A DNA stretch of 64,000 bases from NCBI GenBank assembly GCA_903863845.1, contig CAIPDP010000071.1:27617-91616 (forward strand), written 5' to 3'. Positions 35,987-45,720 of the stretch are shown piece by piece. The number at the start of each line of letters is the position of its first letter. Position 1 is the stretch's first letter. The translations under genes were made by a program, and so were the position numbers. The notes below the pieces were generated by a model. That model was not told where the DNA came from. It worked only from the letters and a program-made list of their open reading frames with translations, and did no database searches. The stretch is from an uncultured Mucilaginibacter sp. Lineage in GTDB: Bacteria; Bacteroidota; Bacteroidia; Sphingobacteriales; Sphingobacteriaceae.

Positions 35987-37267
35987 ATGGAAAAACAAGC
36001 GCTACCTGTATTTTTTATTTGCCTTGGCATATTGGCATTAGATTTCTATGTGATCAGAGGCGTACGCTTCGGATTGCGCAAATGGAAATTCAGTCAAAAA
36101 CCTGCCTTTACAAACCTGTACTGGGCCATCTCGATCCTGGTCAGTCTGGGCATTTTTATCAGCATTTTTGCCCGTACAGGTTTGAGCTTCCGCGCGGCTT
36201 TTATGCTGGTGTTTTTCCTGCTTACTATTACAAAATTGATTTTTTTGCCATTCCTGCTCGCCGACGATGTCCGAAGGCTGATCAAATGGCGAAAGGCAAA
36301 AACCAACCCCACTATTCCCGAAGCTGAAAAACCGGCGTTGAATGCAATCAGCCGTTCGGAATTTATTACTAAGGCGGGATTGATCGCCGGTTCGATACCA
36401 ATTGCTGGAATGCTTTATGGCACGATGTCGGGAGTATATGATTACCGTGTAAAACATGTTAAGCTTTACCTGCCCAATCTGCCGAAAACATTTGACGGGA
36501 TTAAGCTTGGGCAGATATCTGATATACACTCCGGCAGTTTTTATAACAAAAAGGCAGTAGCAGGCGGCGTGGAAATGTTGCTGCGTGAGAAGCCGGACCT
36601 TATATTTTTTACCGGCGACCTGGTAAACACCCTCGCCAATGAAATGAATAATTACCAGGATATTTTCAGTAAAGTGAAAGCACCTCTGGGGGTTTATAGT
36701 TCATTGGGAAATCACGACTATGGCGATTACAAAGAAAACTGGGGCAGTTGGGAAGCCAAAATAAAGAACTTTGAAGACATACTTGCCACGCACAAGAATA
36801 TGGGCTGGGATCTGCTTCGTAATGAAAACCGCAGGTTAAAAGTAAACGGTGAGGAAATCGGCATTTTAGGGGTCGAGAATTGGGGATCGATCAGTCGCTT
36901 TGGTCATCGTGGCCGACTTGATCTGGCTACTGCCAATACTGATGATCTCCCTGTAAAATTGCTATTATCTCACGACCCATCTCATTGGCGAGCCCAGGTA
37001 TTGCCGGGGTATCCACAAATAGATGCAATGTTTTCAGGACATACACATGGCATGCAGTTTGGTATCCGCACCGAAAATTTTCAATGGAGCCCTATTAAAT
37101 ATATTTACCCTGAATGGGCGGGTTTGTATCGTGAAGGCAAACAGCAATTATATGTAAATGTTGGCTATGGTTTTTTGGGTTATCCGGGACGCCTTGGAAT
37201 TTACCCGGAGATTACGATATTTGAATTGAAAGCATCTGCCGACCCTTCCCTAACAAAAAATGCCTGA
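35987..37267 (+). CDS. Membrane-anchored calcineurin-like metallophosphoesterase
   Basis: N-terminal TM helices, then the phosphoesterase motifs ISDIHSG, TGDLVN, GNHDY and SGHTHG. The track ORF starts at a TTG at 35966, overlapping the upstream stop; the ATG at 35987 is used here. Confidence 0.85.
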   Translation: MEKQALPVFFICLGILALDFYVIRGVRFGLRKWKFSQKPAFTNLYWAISILVSLGIFISIFARTGLSFRAAFMLVFFLLTITKLIFLPFLLADDVRRLIKWRKAKTNPTIPEAEKPALNAISRSEFITKAGLIAGSIPIAGMLYGTMSGVYDYRVKHVKLYLPNLPKTFDGIKLGQISDIHSGSFYNKKAVAGGVEMLLREKPDLIFFTGDLVNTLANEMNNYQDIFSKVKAPLGVYSSLGNHDYGDYKENWGSWEAKIKNFEDILATHKNMGWDLLRNENRRLKVNGEEIGILGVENWGSISRFGHRGRLDLATANTDDLPVKLLLSHDPSHWRAQVLPGYPQIDAMFSGHTHGMQFGIRTENFQWSPIKYIYPEWAGLYREGKQQLYVNVGYGFLGYPGRLGIYPEITIFELKASADPSLTKNA

Positions 37268-37297
37268 GGGCGCCGGAATGTCCTTTTCTTATGATCG

Positions 37298-38185
37298 ATG
37301 AGAAAAATACTGCAGAACGGTTTTGATTTTTTGCTCTTTAGTAACTGTTTTATGGCCCTGTGCGCCGTTGCACAGGGATCGCTTACTTTTTATCTGATTG
37401 GGTCTAAACCAATTCAACCAGTGCTGGGCCTATTATTCATAGCCACTATTGCCATCTATAATTTTAGCATCCTGTTAAGTAAACCCCAAAAACCCGAAAA
37501 TTCGGCGCAAAAGCGAGTTCGCTGGTTTTTTTCGCATTACAGGCTGATGGTTACACTAACCGTTGTCCCCATCTTATTGCTGGCACCCCTGTTTTTTTTA
37601 GTGTCGGTGCCGGCTCGCATCTTACTAATTTTCCTCGCTGTGCTTTCTTTTGCATACGGATTGCCTCTTTTCGCTTTGGGCGACAGTAAATTCGGGCTGC
37701 GAAATATTCCAGGCTTAAAAATATTCCTGATCACACTGGTATGGACCATGAGTTGTGTATTATTACCTATCCTTGAGGCCCAGGCAAGGCAAATGGTAAC
37801 TTTATCGCTCTATGACACTACGATATTCATGGCCAAAGCATTCCTCTTCATAGGGGCTCTGGCCATCCCATTTGACATTCGCGATATATTTGAAGATAAG
37901 CAATCAGGACTGAAAACAATCGCCGTGGCATGGGGAGAAAAAAATGCCTATTTCTTTTGCGAGGCATTGCTATTGGGATATATCGCATTGCTTTTGTTTT
38001 TCCGCGTTGACGGCTTTGGAGCTAATTTTTGGGCACTGATCGTCAGTGTCGTAATAACAGGTTGGCTAATTTTACGATCGAAATGGGAAAAGAATGAGTA
38101 TTACTATTTCTTTTTTCTCGATGGGATACTCATCCTCCAATATATTTTTGTGATCGGTTTAAACAAGTTGAGCATTTTATTTTAA
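37298..38185 (+). CDS. Polytopic membrane protein, UbiA-prenyltransferase-like
   Basis: 295 aa with about 8 TM helices. FDIRDIFEDKQSGLKTIAVAWG resembles the second Asp-rich motif of UbiA enzymes. I could not find the first NDxxDxxxD motif. Confidence 0.4.
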   Translation: MRKILQNGFDFLLFSNCFMALCAVAQGSLTFYLIGSKPIQPVLGLLFIATIAIYNFSILLSKPQKPENSAQKRVRWFFSHYRLMVTLTVVPILLLAPLFFLVSVPARILLIFLAVLSFAYGLPLFALGDSKFGLRNIPGLKIFLITLVWTMSCVLLPILEAQARQMVTLSLYDTTIFMAKAFLFIGALAIPFDIRDIFEDKQSGLKTIAVAWGEKNAYFFCEALLLGYIALLLFFRVDGFGANFWALIVSVVITGWLILRSKWEKNEYYYFFFLDGILILQYIFVIGLNKLSILF

Positions 38186-38751
38186 TGGAACAGTTTTACG
38201 ACCAACTGTTCGAAAAAAACGATTATCGGACAGCACCCTTAAAACCCGCTGAATACGAAAACTGCAGCTTTAAAAATTGCGATCTCCTGGAAGCTGATCT
38301 ATCCGGCTTTCGCTTTATAGATTGCCATTTTAGCAACTGTAATCTTAGCCTCGCTAAATTCAGGAAAACGGCTTTTCAGGATGTAAAATTCAAAGACTGC
38401 AAAATGCTGGGGCTGCGTTTTGAACACTGCGATCCCTTTAATTTATCCTTAGGATTCGATACCTGCCAGCTCAATCATTCTTCTTTTTTCCGTTTAAAGC
38501 TAAAAAAGACCCATTTCAAAAACTGCCAGTTGCATGAATCAGACTTTACCGATTGTGATCTATCGGGAGCCCTATTGGAAAATTGTGACCTTGCCCGGTC
38601 AACTTTTGAAAATACCAACCTTGAGAAAGCCGACCTGCGCAGCGCTTATAATTATGTAATTGATCCGGAACTAAACCGGATCAAAAAGGCACAATTTTCT
38701 TTACAGGGCATTCCCGGGCTGCTCATTAAGTATGATATAACGATAGAATAA
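38185..38751 (+). CDS. Pentapeptide-repeat protein
   Basis: 188 aa of A(D/N)LXX-type repeats (CDLLEADLSGFRFIDCHFSNCNLSLAKF...). Its ATG shares a TAATG overlap with the upstream stop. Confidence 0.85.
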   Translation: MEQFYDQLFEKNDYRTAPLKPAEYENCSFKNCDLLEADLSGFRFIDCHFSNCNLSLAKFRKTAFQDVKFKDCKMLGLRFEHCDPFNLSLGFDTCQLNHSSFFRLKLKKTHFKNCQLHESDFTDCDLSGALLENCDLARSTFENTNLEKADLRSAYNYVIDPELNRIKKAQFSLQGIPGLLIKYDITIE

Positions 38752-38758
38752 GCCAAAT

Positions 38759-40591
38759 TTATTCACCGGCAACCGGCAAAGCTATACTTGAAGCAGCACC
38801 AACCGTATGGTAGATGTACTCGGTAGCTTTCACATAATCTTCGGCTTTTGCTTTGTAAATATTTGGCACATATTTCTGCGGATTACGATCTATGATCGGG
38901 AACCATGTGCTTTGTACCTGAACCATGATCTTATGCCCCTTTTTAAATACGTGATCGATACCATGCAGATCGATGTCATATCGTTCAACCTTACCTGGTA
39001 TTGCAGGTTCAGGTTTGGTAAAACCTTTGCGGTACCGTCCTCTTAAAACATCAGCGGCTATCATTAATTCATAGCCTGACATTTTTAGTTCTTTTTTGTA
39101 TTCCTGCGGATAAACATCGATCAACTTTACCACCCAATCCGCATCGGTGCCCGAAGTGGCCGCGTATAATTTGGCGAGCAGATTTCCTGTTACTGTTATA
39201 TCACTGGTCAGCGTATCGGTTTGCCAGGTTAAAACATCGGGCCTATTGTCAACAAAACGCTGATCCTCAGTCAGCCAGAAATACCAGCGGGAACCCGGTC
39301 CGTAGGTTTCCTCAATCGGCCTCGCGCGATAGGGTACCGGCCTCGCAGGGTCAGAAACATAGCTATCAAACTTGCTTTCAGCTGCGGTAGGCGGATTGAA
39401 CGATAATTTACCATTTGCATGAAAATAAATATTTCTAATGGTCGATTCTTTTGGTGGCCAGGCTGCATAATTTTTCCATGTATTTGAACCGGTCTGAAAG
39501 CTGATGGCTTCAGCAAAATTTCCATCCCCTTTGCCTTTCAGGTACCAGGCAAACCATTTAGCCTGTATCTCCTTACGGAAATAGGATGCCGTATTCTGCC
39601 CATCAAACTTAATATTGCCCAGGCTGCTCCCGTCGCCACCAGCCCAGCCTCCGTGCCTCCATGGTCCGAGTACTATGAAATTTCGGTGGTGCCTATCATT
39701 TTTTTCGAGTGCCTGGTATGCAGACTGCGGCCCAACCATATCCTCCTGGTCCCACCAACCACTTACATGCTGAATAGCCAGGCGGGGTGAATCCAAACGA
39801 TAGGTGAGTGATTGCCGTTTCCAAAAATCATCATAATCAGGGTGAGCTATATAATTGTTCCAGCTGGGAAGTTTACCATGAATATATTTATCATTTAAAT
39901 TAGACAAGGGCCCGAGCTTCAGGTACCAATCGTAGGTATCGTAATTACCAAACTGGAACAGCGAATCGGTTTTTGAAATTTCCTCCATAAAGGCATACTC
40001 AAATGCATAACTGAGGCGGAAGGCCCCATTATGGTGCAGGTCATCATTCAAAAACATATCAGAAGGCGTTGCCTGCTCAGAGGCAGCAACCATGGCCGGA
40101 TGGGGATCACAGGCAGCGATAATAGTGGTCCATCCGTCGTAAGAGATCCCGTAAAGGCCGGCTTTACCATTGTTATTCGACACATTTTTTAACAGCCAGT
40201 CGATCGTATCGTAGGTATCGCTACTTTCGTCAATGGCCTTCGGATCTTTTTTATCACGGCTCATCCGCATCATCTCATACTTCCCCTCAGACAGGTAACG
40301 ACCGCGAATATCTTCAAACACGAAAATATACCCTTCTTCGGCCATGTCTTTGATATATCCAAACTTTTCGGGGCTGGGATATTCATTGACACCGTATGGT
40401 GTACGTTCGATCAGGAAGGGTAACTTTTCTGTTTGATTTTTTGGCGTAAAAATCACCGCATGCAGCTTAATACCGTCACGCATGGGTATATAAACTTCTT
40501 TGCGGATATATTTATCTGTATCAGGTTTTATACTTGCAAACGCAATTGTGCAGGTTAGCACTATGACCGTAAAGGCAAACAATTTTTTCAT
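38759..40591 (-). CDS. CocE/NonD-family serine hydrolase (S15 Xaa-Pro dipeptidyl-peptidase-like)
   Basis: 610 aa with a signal peptide. RTPYG, nucleophile elbow GISYDG, and a C-terminal jelly-roll region typical of CocE/NonD. Confidence 0.85.
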   Translation of the reverse strand: MKKLFAFTVIVLTCTIAFASIKPDTDKYIRKEVYIPMRDGIKLHAVIFTPKNQTEKLPFLIERTPYGVNEYPSPEKFGYIKDMAEEGYIFVFEDIRGRYLSEGKYEMMRMSRDKKDPKAIDESSDTYDTIDWLLKNVSNNNGKAGLYGISYDGWTTIIAACDPHPAMVAASEQATPSDMFLNDDLHHNGAFRLSYAFEYAFMEEISKTDSLFQFGNYDTYDWYLKLGPLSNLNDKYIHGKLPSWNNYIAHPDYDDFWKRQSLTYRLDSPRLAIQHVSGWWDQEDMVGPQSAYQALEKNDRHHRNFIVLGPWRHGGWAGGDGSSLGNIKFDGQNTASYFRKEIQAKWFAWYLKGKGDGNFAEAISFQTGSNTWKNYAAWPPKESTIRNIYFHANGKLSFNPPTAAESKFDSYVSDPARPVPYRARPIEETYGPGSRWYFWLTEDQRFVDNRPDVLTWQTDTLTSDITVTGNLLAKLYAATSGTDADWVVKLIDVYPQEYKKELKMSGYELMIAADVLRGRYRKGFTKPEPAIPGKVERYDIDLHGIDHVFKKGHKIMVQVQSTWFPIIDRNPQKYVPNIYKAKAEDYVKATEYIYHTVGAASSIALPVAGE

Positions 40592-40655
40592 CGAAATTAT
40601 ATTAAGCTGTTTGCATTAAATATACCAACATTAGCTTAATTTAAGCAAACAAACA

Positions 40656-41273
40656 ATGTCTGCAAACTACAATAACTCAGTCTGGTTCTATGATTTCCTA
40701 ACGGGATTGGTTTTTGGCAAGACGCTATTCAGGGCACAGGTATATTTATTGAACAACATCAAGCCGGGCAATAAAATTTTAATTGCAGGTGGCGGTACCG
40801 GCAAAATTTTAGAAGCAATTACCAGTATTCATCACGCTGGCTTAAAGATCACCTATGTTGATGTTTCCGAAAAAATGATAGCCGCGTCGAACAAAAGAGA
40901 CACCGGAAAAAATAAGGTGACTTTTATCAACGCTGCTATCGAAAGCAGCAAGCTGCCGGATAATTTTGATGTTGTTATTACACCATTCCTGCTGGATAAT
41001 TTTACGGAGGAAAACCTCCAAAAAATCTTCTCCCGGATCGATCAATTACTGCTACCCGGAGGCCTGTGGCTCAATACTGATTTTCAGTTAACCGGCAAAC
41101 GGTGGCAAAAAATCATGGCCGGATCGATGCTGATTTTTTTCAGGATCATTTGTGCGATAGAAGCGAAAAAATTGCCGGATATCCAAAACTGTTTCAACAA
41201 CAATGGTTACCGGATCGTTGAACAAAAAACCTATTGGGGCGATTTTATTATTACAACCGCCTACCAAAAATAA
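40656..41273 (+). CDS. Class I SAM-dependent methyltransferase
   Basis: 205 aa. Motif I ILIAGGGTGKILE. Substrate unknown. Confidence 0.8.
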   Translation: MSANYNNSVWFYDFLTGLVFGKTLFRAQVYLLNNIKPGNKILIAGGGTGKILEAITSIHHAGLKITYVDVSEKMIAASNKRDTGKNKVTFINAAIESSKLPDNFDVVITPFLLDNFTEENLQKIFSRIDQLLLPGGLWLNTDFQLTGKRWQKIMAGSMLIFFRIICAIEAKKLPDIQNCFNNNGYRIVEQKTYWGDFIITTAYQK

Positions 41274-41309
41274 TTCCGCATTTCAAATTCCAAGTTCCTA
41301 AATCAGTAT

Positions 41310-42002
41310 TCAGCCTTCATAAAAAAACTTATACCCTATCCCCCTTACCGTTTGGAGGTACTGCGGTGAGTCGGGGTTATTCTCGATCTTTTTCCTTAAA
41401 CGCACGATATGCATATCCAATGTTCGCGTATTAACATCGGCATTGTATCCCCAAACTTCCATCATCAGCTCTTCACGGTTGATCACCTTATTTTTGTTTT
41501 TCAGGAAATACAATAAAATACGGTTCTCCAGTATCGTCAATTCTATTTTTTTGCCTTCCTTTATCAGCAAATGCATGTTGGGGTGGTGTTCCATATTGGC
41601 AAAACGCTGCGATTCTGACTTTTCGCTATTGAGCGAGAATTTGATCTTGTTATCTATCAGTGCTACCAGTACATCCATGTTAAAAGGCTTGGTGATGTAA
41701 TCTGACACACCAAAATTATATGCTTCGATCTTATCAATGTCCTGCGATTTAGCCGTCATCATGATCACCAATTTATCAAATCCCTTATTCCTGATTGCGG
41801 CACAAACGTCGGCACCTTGTTTACCCGGCAACATCCAATCGAGCAAAACAATTGGTGGCTGCTCGGCCAATATCATCGCTTCAGCGTCATCGCCATTATC
41901 GGCTTCCAGTACCTTATAACCTTCTGATTGCAGGCGCTCGGCCACCAGAAAACGTAAGTTTTCATCGTCTTCAACCAGCGCAATTTTTATTTCTTTTTCC
42001 AT
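41310..42002 (-). CDS. OmpR/PhoB-type response regulator
   Basis: 230 aa. Receiver residues EDD, the phospho-acceptor D in VLLDWMLPG, and K in MMTAKS. C-terminal winged helix (LQTVRGIGYKF). Confidence 0.92.
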   Translation of the reverse strand: MEKEIKIALVEDDENLRFLVAERLQSEGYKVLEADNGDDAEAMILAEQPPIVLLDWMLPGKQGADVCAAIRNKGFDKLVIMMTAKSQDIDKIEAYNFGVSDYITKPFNMDVLVALIDNKIKFSLNSEKSESQRFANMEHHPNMHLLIKEGKKIELTILENRILLYFLKNKNKVINREELMMEVWGYNADVNTRTLDMHIVRLRKKIENNPDSPQYLQTVRGIGYKFFYEG

Positions 42003-42011
42003 AGCTTTTGT

Positions 42012-43670
42012 TCATTTACCCATCGGTTCATAGGGTAGCTTAACTGTAAACACCGATCCTTCTTTTATTTTTGATTTTACAACGATCTCACCTTCCATAA
42101 AATTAACTAATTCCTTGCAAAACGCCAGCCCAAGGCCTACGCTCCCATTCTGATTGTATTGATTTTCTATGCGGTAAAACTTTTTAAATATATGAGTTAT
42201 CTCATCCTTAGCAATGCCGATTCCCTTGTCGGCAAATGAGAAAGTGATATTTTTTTTATTGATGATGGTATCAATATGCAATTCCTTTTTGCCCGGATTT
42301 GAATATTTGTAGGCATTCTCCATCAGGTTTTGAAATACACTACCTAATAAAACCGGGTCGCAATAAAAACTACCCGACCCGTGCATTTGATAGCTTAACT
42401 TAAAGTCGGGATATTTTATTTTAAAGGTGTCAATATAACCCTTCACAAAGTCCTCAGCCTCAACTTCCTGGATCTTTAAATTTATTGCATTATTTTCAAG
42501 CTGGGTCAATGATAGCAACTTGTTCATCAGATCGTTGAGTTTATCTGCCTCTTCGTCCAAAATCTTCCCATAATGTTTACGTTGCCTTTCACTCAGCTCG
42601 GCATCGCCACGCAAGTTAGACCCTGCGATCTTTATAACGCTTAAAGGCGTTTTAAATTCATGTGTAAAATTATTGATAAAGTCGTACTGGAGCTTAAAAA
42701 GGCGCATGTTCACATTCAGATTCCGGTAAATAAGCCAGCTAATGGTGACCAGGAAAACATAAATAAGCAGCACCATGGCTCCTATTGGTAAAAATCGCCG
42801 ATCGACTTCTGTATCAAGGTAAAATTTTGGCGAGCTTAAATAAAGCTTATAATTTGAGAATGCCCCGGACAAGGGCGATTCGGTAGTAATATTACTGTTT
42901 TCATTCTCAATCGGGTCATAAACCACCGGCCTGATCGATATATTTTTGTAGAGTTCAGGATGCGGGTTCCGCACTTTTAACAAGCTTTGATCCAGGTCGA
43001 ACGTAAGCATGTTCTGCTTGTAAACCGAAGCCGGATTGTTGCCTTTCTGCAAATCTCGGTAAAGCTTAACTTCCTCCCTGCTCAATATATTCAGATAGCT
43101 GATCTTTCTCGACTGGATGCCATAAAATGTCGTGAATTTATCGTCCTGAGTGGGCTCGCGCGAGGTATCGGCAACGGTAACGAAGTTATTCAGTTTATCG
43201 GCCATGGTCTCAAAATCACTATAGTCCTCCGGCCGACCTTTCCGTGTAACAACAAGCTTCCCGTCTTTCAAACTATATTCATAAATCGATTTTAGGTTGA
43301 TGCCTAATTGACGTCCTTCTAATTCGCTATTGATCGGTTTACTTATCGCTACATCGTAAAATACTATGCGGGTAACAAATGGGTAATCCTTGAAAACAGA
43401 GTTTGCATAACGGGAGGCAGAAGCAGAATCAAGAAATCCGTGATAAAAAGTAATTTCAGGTATCCTGTTCTGAAAAAAATCGTTGTAAGATTTGATCGTT
43501 TGTTCCTGCACATCGATCTTTTTAGCTGCGAATTCATTTTCCACATAACGATCGGTCAGGCTATAGCTGATAAAAAGTGCAATGATAAACGTAACCGAGA
43601 TCAATACCAGGAAAGCAATTATCAACGAGAAATTTTTCCGGTATACGGTGCTTGATTCATGCATAGCCAA
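42012..43670 (-). CDS. Sensor histidine kinase with a ~260-aa extracytoplasmic domain
   Basis: 552 aa with two TM helices. H-box FTHEFKTPLS, N-box NLMENAYKYS, G1 DKGIGI, and G2 GSVGLGLAF. Confidence 0.92.
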   Translation of the reverse strand: MAMHESSTVYRKNFSLIIAFLVLISVTFIIALFISYSLTDRYVENEFAAKKIDVQEQTIKSYNDFFQNRIPEITFYHGFLDSASASRYANSVFKDYPFVTRIVFYDVAISKPINSELEGRQLGINLKSIYEYSLKDGKLVVTRKGRPEDYSDFETMADKLNNFVTVADTSREPTQDDKFTTFYGIQSRKISYLNILSREEVKLYRDLQKGNNPASVYKQNMLTFDLDQSLLKVRNPHPELYKNISIRPVVYDPIENENSNITTESPLSGAFSNYKLYLSSPKFYLDTEVDRRFLPIGAMVLLIYVFLVTISWLIYRNLNVNMRLFKLQYDFINNFTHEFKTPLSVIKIAGSNLRGDAELSERQRKHYGKILDEEADKLNDLMNKLLSLTQLENNAINLKIQEVEAEDFVKGYIDTFKIKYPDFKLSYQMHGSGSFYCDPVLLGSVFQNLMENAYKYSNPGKKELHIDTIINKKNITFSFADKGIGIAKDEITHIFKKFYRIENQYNQNGSVGLGLAFCKELVNFMEGEIVVKSKIKEGSVFTVKLPYEPMGK

Positions 43671-43675
43671 TGGGC

Positions 43676-45571
43676 TTACTGGTTATCCCGCAAATTTTTA
43701 TCCAGGAATTTTTCTATTTCGGTGTACATATCCACCCGGTTTTCTTCATTCCTGAAAATTTTACGCTCGTTTTGTCTTAAAAAATAGGTTACCGGAACGT
43801 TATGCTTCTTTAATTCGCGCACGAACTGATTCAATTCGCTAATGTTAGCGCTTTCATCTTTCGCACCCTGGAAGATCAGCAAAGGAGCCTTGATCTTATC
43901 GGTATGAAATACCGGCGATATAGCCCGCAATTGTTCGGCATCTGATTCAGGATTGCCGATCATCTCGTACATCATTTGCAAGCGTGGTTTCAAATAGGGT
44001 GGCACATCTTTGAAATAGGTAAAGAAATTGATCAGCCCATATTTAACAATAACCCCGCTATAAAGCTCAGGATGCGATGAAACCCCATATAGCGCAGAAA
44101 ATCCGCCGAAACCGCCCCCAAAAATTGCGATTTGTTTCGGCTCGGCAATACCTTCATTGATCAGCCAATTAACGCCGTCAGTAATATCGTCCTGTATCTT
44201 ACCCCCTGCCTGCTTAAAACCAGCACTGTTGAAAGCCTTACCATAACCGGATGAACCTCGGTAGTTCACCTGGAATACGGCATAGCCCCTGTTGGCCAGA
44301 AACTGAACCTCATCGCTATAGCGCCAGGTGTCGCGGCTCCGCCAGGGTGCATCATGCGGTATCACAACTATAGGAAAGCCCTTGGTCTTGTCGCCTAGCG
44401 GCAGCGTAAGGTATCCATTTAATAAAAGTCCGTCGCGTGCTTTAAAGGTGATCGGCTTCATCGGACAAAGCTCGGCTTGTTTCAAGCTTGAATTGATGTC
44501 GCCAAGTTTAGTGATCTTTGCCCCAGCGGTTTCGTAAAGGTAATAGGAGCCCGGGTTCCTATCGGTATAGGTAAATATGATGAATTTATCTTCACTGCTA
44601 TCCCGCCCCACAATATTGATCTCGGACCCGGGAAACCGATGAGATAACAAGTTGTAAATATCTTCTATCCCTTTACTAAGGAAATGTTTAGTTGGTTTTT
44701 CTTCCTCGCAAACCGCCAGCTCAAGCCGATTCTTATACCTCGAATAATCTACCCGGGCAATATCCGCTTTCCTGCAATTCAATAACAGCTTTAGTTCTTT
44801 GCCAGATTCGGCATCGATCTCAACCAGCGAGGTTTTATCCTGGTTAACATTAGAAAGGGCGTAAAAATGATCTTGTCCGGCAATAAAAGCTATCGGGTCA
44901 ACCCTGTTCCTGAAATTATTGGTAATGATAGGTTTAAACGGTGTTTCGTCATTGACACGGTAAAGTATCGTTTCGTTAACGCCATCCGAGGCCTTCACCA
45001 ATCTTATCCGGCCGTCATCATCCGGATACCACTCTGTAAGGTTACCGGGGTTGATGATATAGGGTTTTAGTTCGCCGGTTTTAATGTTCAGTTTATATAC
45101 ATCAAAATTTGCCGGATCCCGCTTATTCATACTCACCGTTATCACATCCGGTTCGGCTTTATTCCGATTATTTAATATCCTTATTCTCCCTTTTTCAAGC
45201 GAAAGCAGGTTGGTGATCTTTGAAGTTGCGACATCCAAAACAAACATTTTGTATTCGTCCAGCTCGATCACATCCTGGATAAAAACGATCTGATTATTGT
45301 ACGTCCAGGAATATTCGCGAACCGGGTAATCATCAAATCCAGTAGCCATAAATTCATGCCCGGTTTGAAGTGAGCGAATTGCGATGTTTTGTTTCCCTTT
45401 GTAGGGCTTTAGGTACGAAATATACTTTCCGTCATTTGATAACCTGAAAACGCTTTCCTCCGGTGTTTTGAAAAAGTCCTTAATTGGTATCTGTCTCACT
45501 TCCGTAGGTTTACAGGCGTGAATCGAGCACACGATAAGGGCAAAAAATATGACTCTCAGGCTCTTCAGCAT
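43676..45571 (-). CDS. S9 (prolyl oligopeptidase)-family homologue lacking the catalytic Ser and His (predicted pseudo-peptidase)
   Basis: N-terminal beta-propeller-like region plus a C-terminal alpha/beta-hydrolase domain. The nucleophile elbow reads IAIFGGGFGGF, with GGT (44112-44114) where Ser is expected. The His position reads NERKIF instead of EGHGF. The Asp region QGAKDE is retained. The ATG at 45571 is preferred over the track's TTG at 45616. Confidence 0.8.
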   Translation of the reverse strand: MLKSLRVIFFALIVCSIHACKPTEVRQIPIKDFFKTPEESVFRLSNDGKYISYLKPYKGKQNIAIRSLQTGHEFMATGFDDYPVREYSWTYNNQIVFIQDVIELDEYKMFVLDVATSKITNLLSLEKGRIRILNNRNKAEPDVITVSMNKRDPANFDVYKLNIKTGELKPYIINPGNLTEWYPDDDGRIRLVKASDGVNETILYRVNDETPFKPIITNNFRNRVDPIAFIAGQDHFYALSNVNQDKTSLVEIDAESGKELKLLLNCRKADIARVDYSRYKNRLELAVCEEEKPTKHFLSKGIEDIYNLLSHRFPGSEINIVGRDSSEDKFIIFTYTDRNPGSYYLYETAGAKITKLGDINSSLKQAELCPMKPITFKARDGLLLNGYLTLPLGDKTKGFPIVVIPHDAPWRSRDTWRYSDEVQFLANRGYAVFQVNYRGSSGYGKAFNSAGFKQAGGKIQDDITDGVNWLINEGIAEPKQIAIFGGGFGGFSALYGVSSHPELYSGVIVKYGLINFFTYFKDVPPYLKPRLQMMYEMIGNPESDAEQLRAISPVFHTDKIKAPLLIFQGAKDESANISELNQFVRELKKHNVPVTYFLRQNERKIFRNEENRVDMYTEIEKFLDKNLRDNQ

Positions 45572-45720
45572 TTTTGGTTGGTCGAAATAGAATACGAGCA
45601 TGATAAACTTAGACAAAATACCCTATTAGTTCAAAATGTCACTACAATTTTACTGCCGCCTATTTTATTCAGAAATTGACGGGCGGCAATTACCATTGCA
45701 TTTCGCTATTTTTGAACATA

